This document shows, in pieces, positions 1 through 12,328 of a DNA stretch of 64,000 nucleotides. This DNA is from Azolla caroliniana (taxonomy: Eukaryota > Plantae > Polypodiophyta). The stretch is taken from NCBI GenBank assembly GCA_043228905.1, contig JBHGNT010000009.1, positions 12,772,001 to 12,836,000 of the forward strand, read 5' to 3'. The translations under genes were made by a program, and so were the position numbers. The notes beneath the pieces are model-generated. The model did not search any database, was not told where the DNA came from, and worked only from the letters and a program-made list of their open reading frames with translations. The first letter of the stretch is position 1. Each line of letters opens with the position of its first letter.

Positions 1-32
1 CATTTGTAGATCGGCACCGGAAGGGAAACGAA

Positions 33-443
33 ATGATGTTCGGGACCGGCAAGCCGGTACTCGTGTTCCAGACCCGGATGGGCAAAATGCCAGGTAAACT
101 ACGGTTTAGATGGACCGGACCGTACTTGATCACACGCGAGTTCAATGGGTTCTACCAGTTGGGGACACTTGCCGGGGAAGTGCTGGGCAAATGGGTCAAC
201 GGATTTAGACTAAAACCAGACAAAGGACCTATGCCTAAGAACCCATTTGAACGAAAAGCCGCCACCCAATTAGACGCTGGCAGGCCAACCATAACGACAA
301 CCGGTGAAGACGACGGCTACCACCAAGCCAGTAAGGAGGAGCATGAGCCGGCAACTGAGGAGAGCAGAACGACGACAAACCGACAAGGGGCCTGCAAGTT
401 GCACGCTTCGGGCAAAGGTCCGACAGGACTGGAGAAAAACTAA
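33..443 (+). CDS. C-terminal end of Gypsy pol (integrase GPY/F region); partial, frame begins upstream of the window
   Basis: KLRFRWTGPY...VNGFRLKP motif; near-identical to the end of ORF 60423-61586. Confidence 0.8.
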   Translation: MMFGTGKPVLVFQTRMGKMPGKLRFRWTGPYLITREFNGFYQLGTLAGEVLGKWVNGFRLKPDKGPMPKNPFERKAATQLDAGRPTITTTGEDDGYHQASKEEHEPATEESRTTTNRQGACKLHASGKGPTGLEKN

Positions 444-574
444 CCACACAAGTAAGTTAAAAAAAAGAAGAAGAAGAGAATAAAGGAGCGAATCAAATAA
501 ATCATGGAAAAGAGTGGTGGAAACGCCCATGAACACGAGGAGTAAAGAGGCACGTCGAAAAGGTACGAGCAGCT

Positions 575-2161
575 ATGAATAGGACATTAAACCACCGCCA
601 CATGGCACACAATGCTATTATAGTACACGACCTGCACATGCGGAGGCTCGAAAAAGGCGTCAAGATACAGAGAGAAAAACCCCCATGCATCGAGACCTTC
701 TCCTATCGCGGACCAAGGAGAACAGACGCAGAGCGACGCGTGAAGATAAATCCTAGAGAGCTCGCACACAAAGAACCCCCTCCCTCAGAACTTTCTCTCT
801 CACATTCTCCCTACCATCAAACCTCTCCAACGTTCTCCGACATCGACGCAGAGATTGACTGCCAAACGCTGTCTGAAGCCGCCAAGAAATGGTTACGACA
901 ACATGGTTTGGAGGGTTTCTTAACGATCATGGAGACGGCGCCACACAAGGATGCTGAGAAGATTATAAAAGAAATTGAAACGGAGGTGATCACGGAGGAG
1001 GCGATCCGTGCGTTAATAGGCCTTCCAGAGGGAGGTATCAACACGATCGACAATCCTACCCCCGAGCAACTCATCAAATATTTCGGTGAGTACTCTCTAG
1101 TAGCCAGCAAGGGCTACACAGGGCGGCGAAGATATGCTATTCCGGGAAATTGCCCATGTGCTCCACGAGTTCGGCCACGTGTACCCTCGACCCCCCATCA
1201 TGCCTCAGAACCGAGTAGGCTTGATCATCACAACGTACGAAGGGGTCAAGGTAGATTGGCCAGTGTTGATCACCGACGGGCTGTGTATGGCCATTGATAT
1301 AGTAAGGGGAAAGGACGGCAAGGAAGGCCGGAAAATATGGCACGCGGTGACACAATGGCTCACCCTGTTGGCACCACCGGTCGAGCCCGTCCAAACCAAG
1401 AAGAGGGGAAGAGCAACGGACGGCACCCCGAAACCTGCTTCGAAACGGCAACAACTATTGGCCTCCAAGGCCACTAAGGGGAAGACTGCCGAAGCAGAGA
1501 AGGCGGCGAAGGAGCGCGCCAGCTGGAAGCGACCGACGGACACGCACGAGGAGACATCGGAACGGGCCTTGAAGAGCCCAGTCCACCGACCGGGGCAATA
1601 GGAAATGGACACCTTGGCGGCAAGAATGAATGCCGGGACTCAAGCGGAAGAGATGGAGGAAGAACCCACGGAGCACCTCCAGTGGCGGCCGGTGAAGAGC
1701 ACCGCAGAATCAGCCGGGAAGCGTTCGGACCCATAGAAGGATGGAACACCTGCAACTCACGCTGAGCAACCCACGCCAAGGGAGGCACCGGAACCGGTTC
1801 GGATGGAACCGGTCACAGAAGTCCCGGCACAACAGGCAGCACCGGCAAGCCCCGTCACCCAAGAGCCGGAGATACAAAGGCCAACCGCCCCAACCGACCA
1901 AGAACAAGCAGACAAGGGGCGACTAGCCGAAACACACTCAGAGCCGGAACGGCAAAGTGGTCAACTAGCAGAACTAGAAGCGTAACTTGACGCAGAAAGG
2001 CAGGACCAGCCACCGGCGAGTGAACCCATCAGCCAACTCTCCGTGCAAGTGCAACAATAGTGCAATGGTAGCCAATGGCTCCGGTGGATAGGAGACCAAA
2101 TTGCCGGAGTAGTCAGATGCATAGAGGCGGAGGAAAGAGCGCAAATGGAACGGTTGCTTGT
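575..2161 (+). pseudogene. Extra 3' ORF of element A, N-terminal part (unknown function; frameshifts and stops)
   Basis: ORFs 575-1297, 1134-1601 and 1803-1985 join by frameshifts. Motifs YFGEYS, LFREIAHVLHE and EGVKVDW are shared with element J at ~53990-54400. Confidence 0.65.
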
Positions 2162-2767
2162 TGTTGGGAGACAGGTCCCTCCGGAAGGGAAGGGAGAAGA
2201 AACCGGATGAGGAGTACCCGGCTACGGAAAGCTGGATGGTGCAGGCCCGGTGAGAACCGGATAAGGAGTACCCGGCTACGGAGAGCCAGATGGTGTAGAC
2301 CCGGTGAGAACCGGAGGAAGAGACATATTCGTAAATATGTTTCTGAGAGCCCATCGAGGATATATTTGTAAATAGTCGAAAAGTCATATTAGTATAAATA
2401 TGACTTAGGGCAAACTTTTAGTTGGTTGTTGTCATTTTTCTGTTTTGCACGAGATTAGTGTGCGTAACTGTACAGAGAGAGAGAGAGAGAGAAAGAGGTC
2501 GTTGCCTCTGTTGTAACCGCCGCCTGTGGCGAAGATTTGTGAGCACGAGGTCGGTGTCTCAGTGAACTCACTGTTGTATATTCCTACATAGTGACAGTTT
2601 GAGGCCTGTGGGCTGCCGTGGTTTTTCCCCTAGTTTGGGGTTTTCCACGTAAACCTTCTGTGTATTCTCTTCTTCTTCTTGTCGTGTTTTATTTCCCGTT
2701 TTCTGTGTATCATTCTAAGCTCGGTTGTGGCCGAGCATCGCGCATAAGGAACGTTGGGTTCCCGTCA
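2162..2767 (+). repeat. 5' LTR of Copia B, with 54-bp tandem repeats and (GA)n
   Basis: Direct repeat of 6852-7490; AACCGGA-initiated unit recurs at 2201, 2255 and 2309. Confidence 0.95.
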
Positions 2768-2769
2768 AG

Positions 2770-2781
2770 TGGTATCAGAGC
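2770..2781 (+). promoter_or_regulatory. Primer binding site, tRNA-iMet
   Basis: TGGTATCAGAGC, 2 nt after the LTR end. Confidence 0.9.
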
Positions 2782-2796
2782 AAAACGACACAGAAA

Positions 2797-5700
2797 ATGG
2801 ACGAATCGTTTGGCGGCATGTTCAAGCTCACCGTCTCCAACTATTCAGTGTGGAAGTCGAAGATGAGAGACATGCTCGTGGTTAAAGATCTTTGGCTACC
2901 GGTTCAGTTCGGGGACAAGAGACCGAACAAGATCGACGCCACAATATGGGAGGTGATGCACATGAAGACAACGGCGTACATACAGTGCTTCATCGACATG
3001 AGCCTATACAACAACTTCAATGAAGAGAGCAAAGCTCATGAGCTCTGGGAGAAGATCGGCATAATGTTTCAGAACAAAAATGTTGTTAATCAGGTGTCGG
3101 TATTCCGGAAGCTAGTAAGACTCCGGTACCAAGATGGCTCTAGCATGGCGGAGCACATGAATGCCTTCCAGGGGCTGATCCACCAGGCAACTTCATTGGA
3201 AGTACCTCTCGCGGATGAGGTACTAGCGCTACTCCTGCTCGGTTCCCTCCCAGATAGCTGGGAGACGTTGGTTGTCACTTTCGGCAACGCCGGGCCGGAA
3301 GGAAAGCGGTTATCCCTAGCAAGAGTAAAGTCGAGCTTGCTAGATGAGGAGGCGTGTCGGAAACATAAGGATACGAGCTCCGACTCCAAAGTGCTCATTA
3401 CCGAATCGGAATGCGGAAGACATAGAAACCGTAGTCCCTAGAACCGGGAGAAGTCGGGGACACGGTCAAAGTCAAAGGGGAGGCCTACTTGCTTCTATTG
3501 TGGCAAGCCGGGACACTTCCAGAAGAACTGTCGGCACTTCCGTAAAGACAAGGAAACCGACGGCGCCGATTCGAAGCGGACCCCGGACCGGAACGGTAAA
3601 GACCGGAGGGGGCCGGACCTGAAGGGGACGACAACAATCACGGCAAGTGAAGAAGAGTTGATGCTCATCACCGAGGAGAGTGAGATAAACCTTGCCGGCG
3701 ACGAGATGACCTGGGTGGTAGACTCCGGAGCGTCGTTCCACCTTACCCCGGACCGGAAATGCTTCTCATCCTACTCAGCCGGTGACCACGATTGTGTCCG
3801 GATGGGGAATGAAGGTACATGCCAAATTGTCGGCATAGGAGACGTGTGGCTGTCAACACCAACCGGATGCAAATTGCTGCTGAAGGATGTCCGACACGTT
3901 CCGGAGGTTCGTCTGAACCTGATATCAGCCGGTCGGCTAGATGATGAAGGCTACACGGGTAGCATCTGGAACGGGGTCATGAAGTTCAGCAAAGGGAGCC
4001 TGATTGTGCCTCGGGCCTGGAAGGTCAACACGCTGTACCTGATGAATGCCTGGTTATGTCCGGAAGAAGTGAACGTGGCATCCGACACTGCCAGTGAGCT
4101 GTGGCACAAGAGGCTGTGTCATATGAGCGAGAAGGGGATGAAGAGGCTTGCAAACGACAACCTCATTCCAGTGAAGAACGTGCACTTACAGAAGTGCACT
4201 GATTGTCTGGGCGGTAAGCAAAACCGGACCTCCTTCCGACCAAGGCCACCGATGAGACGTAATACAACACTAGAGTTGGTGCATACGGATGTGTGTCAGG
4301 TAGACACGAAGTCACATGCCGGAGCGCAGTACTTCGTGACGTTCATAGATGACCACAGCCGGAAGCTGTGGGCCACACCGTTGAAGACGAAGGATCAGGT
4401 GTTTTCCGTCTTCAAAGAGCTCCACGCGAGAGTGGAAAGAGAAACCGGCCGGAAGCTGAAGACGGTTCGAGCAGATAACGGAGGAGAATACCGGGGGCAG
4501 TTTGAGGAGTACTGTCGCTCGAAGGGAATCCGGCTCGAATTTACCGTGCTGAAGACGCCGGAACAAAACGGGCTGGCCGAGAGGATGAACCAGACCATAA
4601 TGGAGAGGGTCCGGAGTATGCTAGCGCATGCAAAACTACCCAAGAAGTTTTGGGCTGAGGTACTGTCGACGGCGACATATGTGATAAACAGATCACCCTC
4701 AGTACCCTTGGATGGAGACACGCCACAGAGAGTATGGACCGGTAAGGAAGTATCCTACCGGCATCTGAAGGTGTTTGGGTGTCTTGCCTACGTGCATGTA
4801 GCTAAGGACCGGAGAGGAAAGCTAGATCCAAAGACCTGGCCATGCATATTCCTCGGTTACGGTGACGATGAGTTCGGCTACCGAGTGTGGGACCCGGTCG
4901 ACAAGAAGGTATTCCGGAATCGAGATATTATCTTCAGGGAGGACAAGATGCTCGCCGACTGGGAGTCGGAGAAGAAGATAATGAACTCCAAGTCGACTGG
5001 GAAGGATCGACTCTATGATGAGCAGACCCAACCGGCAAGAGACCGGTTAGCACTCGAGGGACCAGCCGGTTACGGTGAGGATACCGAACAGGCTAAAGAA
5101 GAAGTAGTGGAAGCTGAAACCGGAACCGGCCTAGACCCCGAATCGGATTTAGATGAAGAGCATATGGACGAGTTGGTTACCGAAGCCCGAAGACGGAGAT
5201 ATTCTCTCAGAGAGAGAAGGGCGCCCCGGAGATTTCCGGATGCAGAGCATGTTCTGCTGACCGATGAGGGGGAGCCGGAAAGCTTCGAAGAAGCAAAGGA
5301 AGACACCCACAGCCGAAAATGGTTAAGTGCCATGCAGGATGAGATGGATTCCCTGCATGAGAACCATACGTACGAATTGGTGGAGCTGCCGAAAGGAAAG
5401 CGGGCACTCCGAAACAAGTGGGTGTTCAAGTTGAAACCGGGAGATGCCGGCAACCCCCCGAGATACAAAGATAGGATCGTGGTGAAGGGGTTCTAGCAGA
5501 AGAAGGGCGTGGACTTCGACGAGATATTTGCCCCGGTAGTAAAGATGACCTCCATCCGGACGGTGCTGAGTATAGCAGCAAGCATGGATCTCGAGGTAGA
5601 GCAACTGGACGTGAAGACGACATTCCTTCACGGCGACCTCGAAGAGGAGATCTACATGCAGCAACCGGAAGGATTCGTGGATAAAGGGAAGGAGCACCTG

Positions 5701-6841
5701 GTATGCCGGTTGAAGAAGAGCTTGTACGGACTGAAGCAGGCTCCCGACAATGGTACCGGAAGTTCGTCTCCTTCATGACCGATCAAGGGTACCACAAGAC
5801 GCAGGCCGATCACTGCGTGTTTGTAAACAAGTTTGAAGGAGGCAACTTCCTGATACTCCTTCTGTACGTGGATGCCATGTTGATCGTCGGACGGGACCAA
5901 GTCAAAATACGGATGCTGAAGAAGGCTCTCAACCGGACCTTCTCAATGAAAGACTTGGGTCCGGCAAGACAGATGTTGGGATGCACATCATCCAGAACCG
6001 GTCAGCGAAGCAATTATGGCTGTCACAGGAGAAGTATGTGACAAAGGTGCTTCACCGGTTCAACATGTCAGAAGTGAAACCGGTCGGATCGACACTTCCG
6101 GCAAACTGCAGGCTATCCGGCAAGCAAAGCCCGAAGACGAAAGCAGAGAAGGCGGATATGATGAAGATTCCATATGCCTCTGCCGTCGGGAGCTTGATGT
6201 ACGCAATGGTTTGTACTCGACCGGATATAGGATACGCAGTCGGAGTGGTGAGCCGGTTCATGAGTAATCCTGGCAAGGAGCACTGGAACGCGGTCAAATG
6301 GATACTCCGGTATTTGAAGGGCACTTCAAATATGTGTCTCCGATTCGGCTCCGGAAAACCTCAACTGGACGGTTTCACCGATTTGGACATGGCGGCTGAT
6401 GTGGATACCAGCCGGTCTACATCCGGGTATGTAATGACATATGCAGGGGGAGCTGTTTCGTGGCAGTCGAGGCTGCAGAAGACGGTTGCATTGTCAACCA
6501 CGGAGGCGGAGTACATGGCAACTGTGGAAGCCGGCAAGGAAATTTTATGGATGAAGGACTTCATCGTAGAGCTCGGTAAACGGCAAGAGGAATACCGACT
6601 CTATTGCGACAGTCAAAGTGCCATCCACCTTGCTAAGAATGCGGCCTACCATTCCCGGACGAAGCATATCCAGCGGAGGTATCACTGGATCCGAGAAAGA
6701 GTAGATGACCAGGAGTTCGCACTGACGAAGATCCACACGGCCGAGAACGAGTCAGATATGCTGACCAAAGTGCTGACACCCGACAAGCTAGACGCATGCC
6801 GAAAGAGGATCGGACTGGTAAGACACCCCATGCCGGAGTGA
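2797..6841 (+). pseudogene. Copia gag-pol polyprotein, disrupted (stops at 3439 and 5494; frameshifts ~5745 and ~5980)
   Basis: Zn knuckle CFYCGKPGHFQKNC; PR WVVDSGAS; INT LWHKRLCH, HTDVC, ADNGGEY; RT QLDVKTTFLHG, SLYGLKQA, LLYVDA; RH STTEAEY, HSRTKHI. Confidence 0.92.
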
Positions 6842-6851
6842 AGGGGGAGTT

Positions 6852-7490
6852 TGTTGGGAGACAGGTTCCTCCGGAAGGGAAGGGAGAAGAACAGTGCCGA
6901 TGAACAAACTCGGCCGAGGCCGAAACCGGATGAGGAGTACCCGGCTACGGAAAGCCGGATGGTGCAGGCCCGGTGAGAACCAGATAAGGAGTACCCGGCT
7001 ACGGAGAGCCGGATGGTGCAGACCCGGTGAGAACCGGAGGAAGAGACATATTCGTAAATATGTTTCTAAGAGCCCATCGAGGCTATATTTGTATATAGCC
7101 GAAAAGTCATATTAGTATAAATATGACTTAGGGCAAACTTTTAGTTGGTTGTTGTCATTTTTCTGTTTTGCACGAGATTAGTGCACGTAACTGTACAGAG
7201 AGAGAGAGAGAGAGAAAGAGGTCGTTGCCTCTATTGTAACCGCCGCCTATGGCGAAGATTTGTGAGCACGAGGTCGGTGCCTCAATGAACTCACTGTTGT
7301 ATATTCCTACATAGTGACAGTTTGCAGCCTGTGGGCTGCCGTGGTTTTTCCCCTAGTTTGGGGTTTTCCACGTAAACCTTCTGTGTATTCTCTTCTTCTT
7401 CTTGTCGTATTTTATTTCCCGTTTTCTGTGTATCATTCTAAGCTCGGTTGTGGCCGAGCGTCGCGCATAAGGAACGTTGGGTTCCCGTCA
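6852..7490 (+). repeat. 3' LTR of Copia B (33 bp longer than the 5' LTR)
   Basis: Follows PPT 6840-6849; ends CCCGTCA followed by TSD CTCGT. Confidence 0.95.
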
Positions 7491-8980
7491 CTCGTCATAA
7501 CCGATGAACTGAAGACGGCCCGGTCAAGGATCCGGTGCCTAGAACAAGACTTGGATCGGATCACAGGAGATATGGCCAAAATGGCCTTAACCGCAACGCA
7601 GGACCAAGCACTGGTGACTCCGGTTGATGTACAGAAGAATAAGACCTCGGAGACACAAACTGTCCCGGAGAACGTGGCGGCGCAAACCCAAGAGCTTGCG
7701 GAATTACGAGATGAGCTCGCCGTACAAGAAGCATTACGAAGCCGCGAACGTGACTTGAAGAAGGCGGCCGAAGAAGAATTAAGAAAGACTGTTGAGAACC
7801 TTCGCCGGAGAGAGGAAAACTTGCGTAAAGGACATCATGCTTACGACCGGCTGAAGGAGGAAAAAGAGAAAGTGCTGCAGGAAAAAGACAAGCTGCGACG
7901 GATGGCGGAGACGGAAATAGAGAGGCTAAAGGAAGAGCTCCGTCAACAGAAGGACAGGGAGGACCGCGCGCGCCGTCAGATCAACCAACGACTGAAGCAG
8001 AAGACCGATGATTTCGATCATCTGCATTGGGACTACAAGCAGCTGGAGACAGAGCATAAGCAACAACAGGAACGGATGGCCGAGCTCCAACAAGAGGTTG
8101 ATAGGGCCACAACGGCACTCGCCGAAGAACAACAGGAAAGTTCCAGGCTATTGGAGGAAGCGGCGAATAACCGGATGGAGCTCCACAAATAGAACCATGA
8201 AGACAAGGAAAGAGCGTCAATGGTACTATAGAGGTTGCAAACAACCTATCAAACTCAATTGTTGCATTATATGGAGCAGGAGGCGGACACGGTTCGGATC
8301 ATCAAGCAGTTGAAGGAAGAGCGAGAAGCCGTAGAAAATAAATCACAGATGGGAGCCGAACGGACCAGTGCATCCTCGGGTCATGGCTCACTAAAACCAA
8401 AAGCTTGATTGATGACAACTCTGTGCATTGGTGGGCAAAATGGGCGCAGAATACCACGGAACTCCAATTGCTTAGGGCGGACGTTGAAAACCCGCGAAAG
8501 GAGGGCAACGACTGCTATATGCTAACCTCGGAGGACTTCACCACCATCAGGGATGAGCTGGCGGAAGATTTTACAGCCCTGGCGGATGAACAATTGGTGT
8601 AGGTCCGGCAGCTCGTAGCTCAACTGGACGATGATCGGCTGGAGGCTCAAATCCAGTTCGAAGGCTATGAGCGGTCCCAGCTCTGGGAAGAAAAAGCGCG
8701 AAAGGCGGCAATGGTCAACCTTAGTGATGAGGAACCGTCGCCGGTGCAAAGACCGGAGGGGGAACTGGCCGGGGTCAGTCTGCCATAGACAACTCCGACG
8801 GAGGAACCAACGACGGAAACGCCGGTGCCAGAGCGACAAACGGAGCCACAACCACAAACGGAGCAGCAACGACACCCACAAACGGAACAACAATAGCAGC
8901 CACAGCAACAACAACAGATTCCCAACGAGCCATTGGAAATTTTGGAGCAAAGCATTCTGGACATTTTGGACGAAGCGTAA
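7491..8980 (+). pseudogene. Extra 3' ORF of element A, C-terminal part (long coiled-coil and Gln/Pro-rich tail)
   Basis: E/K/R/L-rich heptad-like sequence in ORF 7314-8192 after the LTR; continues through stops to a Q-rich segment at 8840-8920. Confidence 0.6.
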
Positions 8981-9034
8981 AAGGGCTGGATAGTGGGTTC
9001 GACGTACAAGGTACTGTCCCACGGGCGTGCCATG

Positions 9035-9354
9035 TGTTACCGGCCGGCAAAGAAGGCTTAAGGAGGTCCAAACCAGAGTGTGAAAGGAATAGTTATTCGG
9101 GAACTGTTGTAATTAGTAGTCTTAATATATACATATTATTATATAAAAAGATGTGGACGGACGGACCGGAATCGGTATGCCGATCCGGATCCGGAATTAT
9201 TCCGTAAAGGTGCCGGTTGGCACCGTTTTGTATTTCGCACCGGAGACCTATATAAAGGCCAGGTTACAATGTAATGAGGAGCAGATAATTAATAAAGCTT
9301 ATTGTCTTAATCTTCAAGTGTTGATTACCGTTTTGCATTTATTGTTATATCTTA
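9035..9354 (+). repeat. Truncated 3' LTR of element A (first 320 of 463 bp)
   Basis: Matches 55268-55587; breaks at TATATCTTA. Confidence 0.9.
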
Positions 9355-9833
9355 TGGTCGCCAAAAACTGTGTTATTGCTAGGGCCGGACAACAACCTAA
9401 CACAGGGTGTCCACTTAAGACACGTCACCAAAGGGTGGTACGACAGAATGACTTATGGCACAACGCTTAATTAGACCTTAATCGATTACTTAGCCATCTG
9501 TAATTAACACACGTAAGATATAACAATAAATGCGGAGCGGTAATCAACACTTGAAGATTAAGACAATAAGCTTTATTAATTATCCGCTCCTCATTACATT
9601 GTAACCGGGAGTTTATATAGGTCTCCGGTGCGAAATACAAAACGGTGCCAATCGGCACCTTTACGGAATCGTTCCGGATCCGGATCAGTATACCGATTCC
9701 GGTCCGTTCGTCCACATCATCTTATATAATAATATGTATATATTAAGACTACTAATTACTACAGTTCCCGAATAACTATTCCTTTCACACTCTGGTTTGG
9801 ACCTCCTTAAGCCTTCTTTGCCGGCCGGTAACA
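9355..9833 (-). repeat. Complete A-family LTR (9371-9833) in inverted orientation plus PBS stub (CAGTTTTTGGCGACCA)
   Basis: Reverse complement of 55268-55746; same 463-bp LTR length. Confidence 0.92.
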
Positions 9834-11576
9834 AAGATACTGCTCCAACGTTTGATTTGTTCATTTTGCTTGGCCGTCGGTTTGTGGGTGGTAGCCGGAG
9901 GAGAGGTTACAAGTGACCTTGATCATTTAAAAAAGGTGCTTCTAGAATTTCGATACGAACTGGGGTCCATGGTCGCTGATGATACTATTGAGAAGGCCAT
10001 GATCCCGACATACTTCACGCATGACAATTTTAGCGGTTTCTTCACTGGAGATTTCCTTAGTACATGGCAAGAAATGAGCCATCCTTGTATATTGATCTAC
10101 TACTGTAAGAATTGCATTGAACCCCTTAGAGACTGGAAGATCTGTGATGAAGTCTAGGGCAATGGATTGCCACGGCTTGCTTGGAATTGGTAATGGTTTT
10201 AATAAACCATATGGATGATGCCTTGGCATTTTCGCTTTGCAACATGTATCACAAGTCCGAACAAAATCTTCGACAAATTGTCGCATACAAGGTCACCAGA
10301 ATGATCGTTGTACTAAATCTAATGTTTTAGTACTACCAAAATGCCCAGCTGTAAATGTGTCATGAAAGTTTTGGACTACTCAAAGGTGACAAGAACCATT
10401 AGGAACATACAAGAGTTCTTTAAAGAATAGTAATCCATCATGGTATTTGAATTGCCGATAGTCTGTACCTGGTGGTTGCGACTGTGAACAAGATGCTCGA
10501 GAGGGATCGATTTGTGCTAGAATGTCTTGGGCGAAAGCATCTATCTTCAAGTACTCACATATGGTATTGATAACGTGGGAATCCATGGGCATGCCAAAGA
10601 CTTGTGTTGCTTGCAGTTGTGCTGGTCCTAAGATTACTTGCTTTTGGTTATCGAAAGCTGGCTCGCCAGGACACGGTGCTAGGTACGAACGCCGTGATAA
10701 TGCATTTGCCTTCCCTTGGTGCTTCCCTGGACGATATGTAAGTTTGAAGTCGAAACGCGTGAGGAATTGGGCCCACCAAGCTTGACGTGGATTTAACACA
10801 CGAGCGTCCTGAAAGTAGGCAAGGTTTTTGTGGTCACTGAATATGGTGACTTGATGAGAGGATCCCTCTAGAAAATGTCTCCATTGCGTAAAAGAGGCCA
10901 CTATTGCCAATAACTCCTTATCATGAATTTCGTAGTTGATTTCGGCGGCGTCAAACTTGCGTGAGTGAAAAGCCACAGGATGTAGCTTTTCATCATTACC
11001 TTGTTGTGACAGAATGCTCCCTAATGCAAAATTTGATGTGTCTGCTTCAATGATGAATGGTTTTTCTGGATCAACATGAGCTAGAATTGGAGCCGATGTA
11101 AATGCCTTCTTAAGATTCTCAAAAGCCATGTCCGCTTCTTCAGACCAAACAAACAATTATCCCTTCTTAGTAAGTTGTGTAAGAGGCAAAACAAGCTTTG
11201 AGTAATCCTTTATAAACTTGCATTAGAAAATGGCAAAGCCTAAAAAGCATTGCACATCTCGCTATGAACGCGGAGTTTGCCACTCTTCCACTGTCTTGAC
11301 TTTAGCGGGATCCATGGAGATGCCTTCCGCGGAGATGACATAGCCCAGAAATTCCACCTGGTTGCACTCGAAACTACATTTTTCCAGCTTTGCATAAAGA
11401 CCATGTTCTCGAAGTCCTTTTAGTACTAACAATACATGAGAATCATGCTCTTCTTGGGTCTTCGAATAAACCAGTAGATCATTGAAATAGATGATCAAAC
11501 AAACATCCAATAGATCTCGAAATATATCATTTGCCATGTGCTAGAAGACTGTTGGCACATTAGTGAGGCCGAACGG
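9834..11576 (-). pseudogene. Gypsy element K (Tcn1/Tf2-like chromovirus) RT C-terminus, RNase H and integrase fragments
   Basis: HPVAFHSRKFDAAEINYEIHDKELLAIV; PYGLLKPLPIPSKPWQSIALDFITDLP; IISDHGPQF; many stops. Continues at 24151 across insertion C (VMPFG split). Confidence 0.85.
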
Positions 11577-12259
11577 TGTCGCGTTGTTATGCGCGTGCGC
11601 GTAGAAGGGCGGGACCACATGGGTCTTGGACCGAGGAGCGAGAGAGAGAGAGAGAGAGAGAGATTCACAGACACGCAGAAGCGAGAAGGAGAGATATAGA
11701 ATGGAACACTTGATTACAATAACAGGAGATTACAATACCAAGAGATTACAAACTCAGACGGTTACAACCGACAAGGCGGCGATGGACCGGACACGGGAAC
11801 CCTACTCACGCACACAGATGGAACACACTGGACCTAGAGGAACATAGAAGGAAAAGCCTCTGCCGGTAGTGCACGGGCTACCCACGAAGCAGAGGCGTCA
11901 AACTCCCCCCCCCCTCGGACCCACAGAGAATGACGGTCGGAGGAGGAGAGAAAGTTCGGCTCTCGGTCCTGCAACACTTCGTCCTCCTTAACTCGCGATA
12001 TTTTCTCTTCCTTCTCTCCTCGCCTTAAATAGTTCCCAAAAAGGGGTGCCCCTTTCCCTAGTCAAATCGCTTTATTCCCTGTCCCTTCTGACAGAGATAC
12101 GCACAATCCCTCCTAATAAATGTGCACTACTTAGTATTTACATAAGTTGATCCATTTATGGATCAATATCAAAATATCAATTCATGCGTCCATCCGTGTA
12201 AGAGCCGGTTCATGTGCCTTTTTGCCTGAATCCGCCTATGGCCGGTTTTCTTCATGACA
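11577..12259 (-). repeat. 3' LTR of Gypsy C
   Basis: Direct repeat of 23463-24150, TG..CA ends. Confidence 0.93.
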
Positions 12260-12328
12260 TCCGCCCCCACCAAACCACGCATCCACCGGCATGCGCCAGA
12301 GACGGGATGATACCGAAGAAAACCGGCT

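Larger units (their letters stand above)
2162..7490 (+). mobile_element. Ty1/Copia LTR retrotransposon B (Tnt1/Tork-like), full length, coding region decayed
   Basis: TG..CA LTRs 2162-2767 and 6852-7490; TSD CTTGT/CTCGT; PBS TGGTATCAGAGC; PPT GAAGGGGGAG; gag-PR-INT-RT-RH order. Confidence 0.95.
1..9354 (+). mobile_element. Ty3/Gypsy LTR retrotransposon A (Athila-like non-chromovirus), 3' half: integrase end, extra ORF and truncated 3' LTR; interrupted by Copia B
   Basis: Integrase C-terminus (GKLRFRWTGPY) at 33-443. Positions 1-625 closely match 61168-61768 of element A'. LTR starting TGTTACCGGCCGG at 9035 matches the LTR at 55268-55730. Confidence 0.85.

Noticed and set aside
1-625. Match to 61168-61768 as a 61-kb segmental or tandem duplication
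   Set aside because: Similarity is confined to element sequence, has indels and substitutions, and the copies carry different nested insertions; better explained as two family members
2195-2320. Regularly spaced repeats (also 27600-27720 and 14475-14605) as a CRISPR-like array
   Set aside because: They are contiguous tandem units inside LTRs with no unique spacers and no cas genes
7314-8192. 292-aa ORF with a hydrophobic N-terminus as an env-like membrane protein
   Set aside because: The first ~59 codons are Copia B LTR sequence fused by chance to A's coiled-coil ORF
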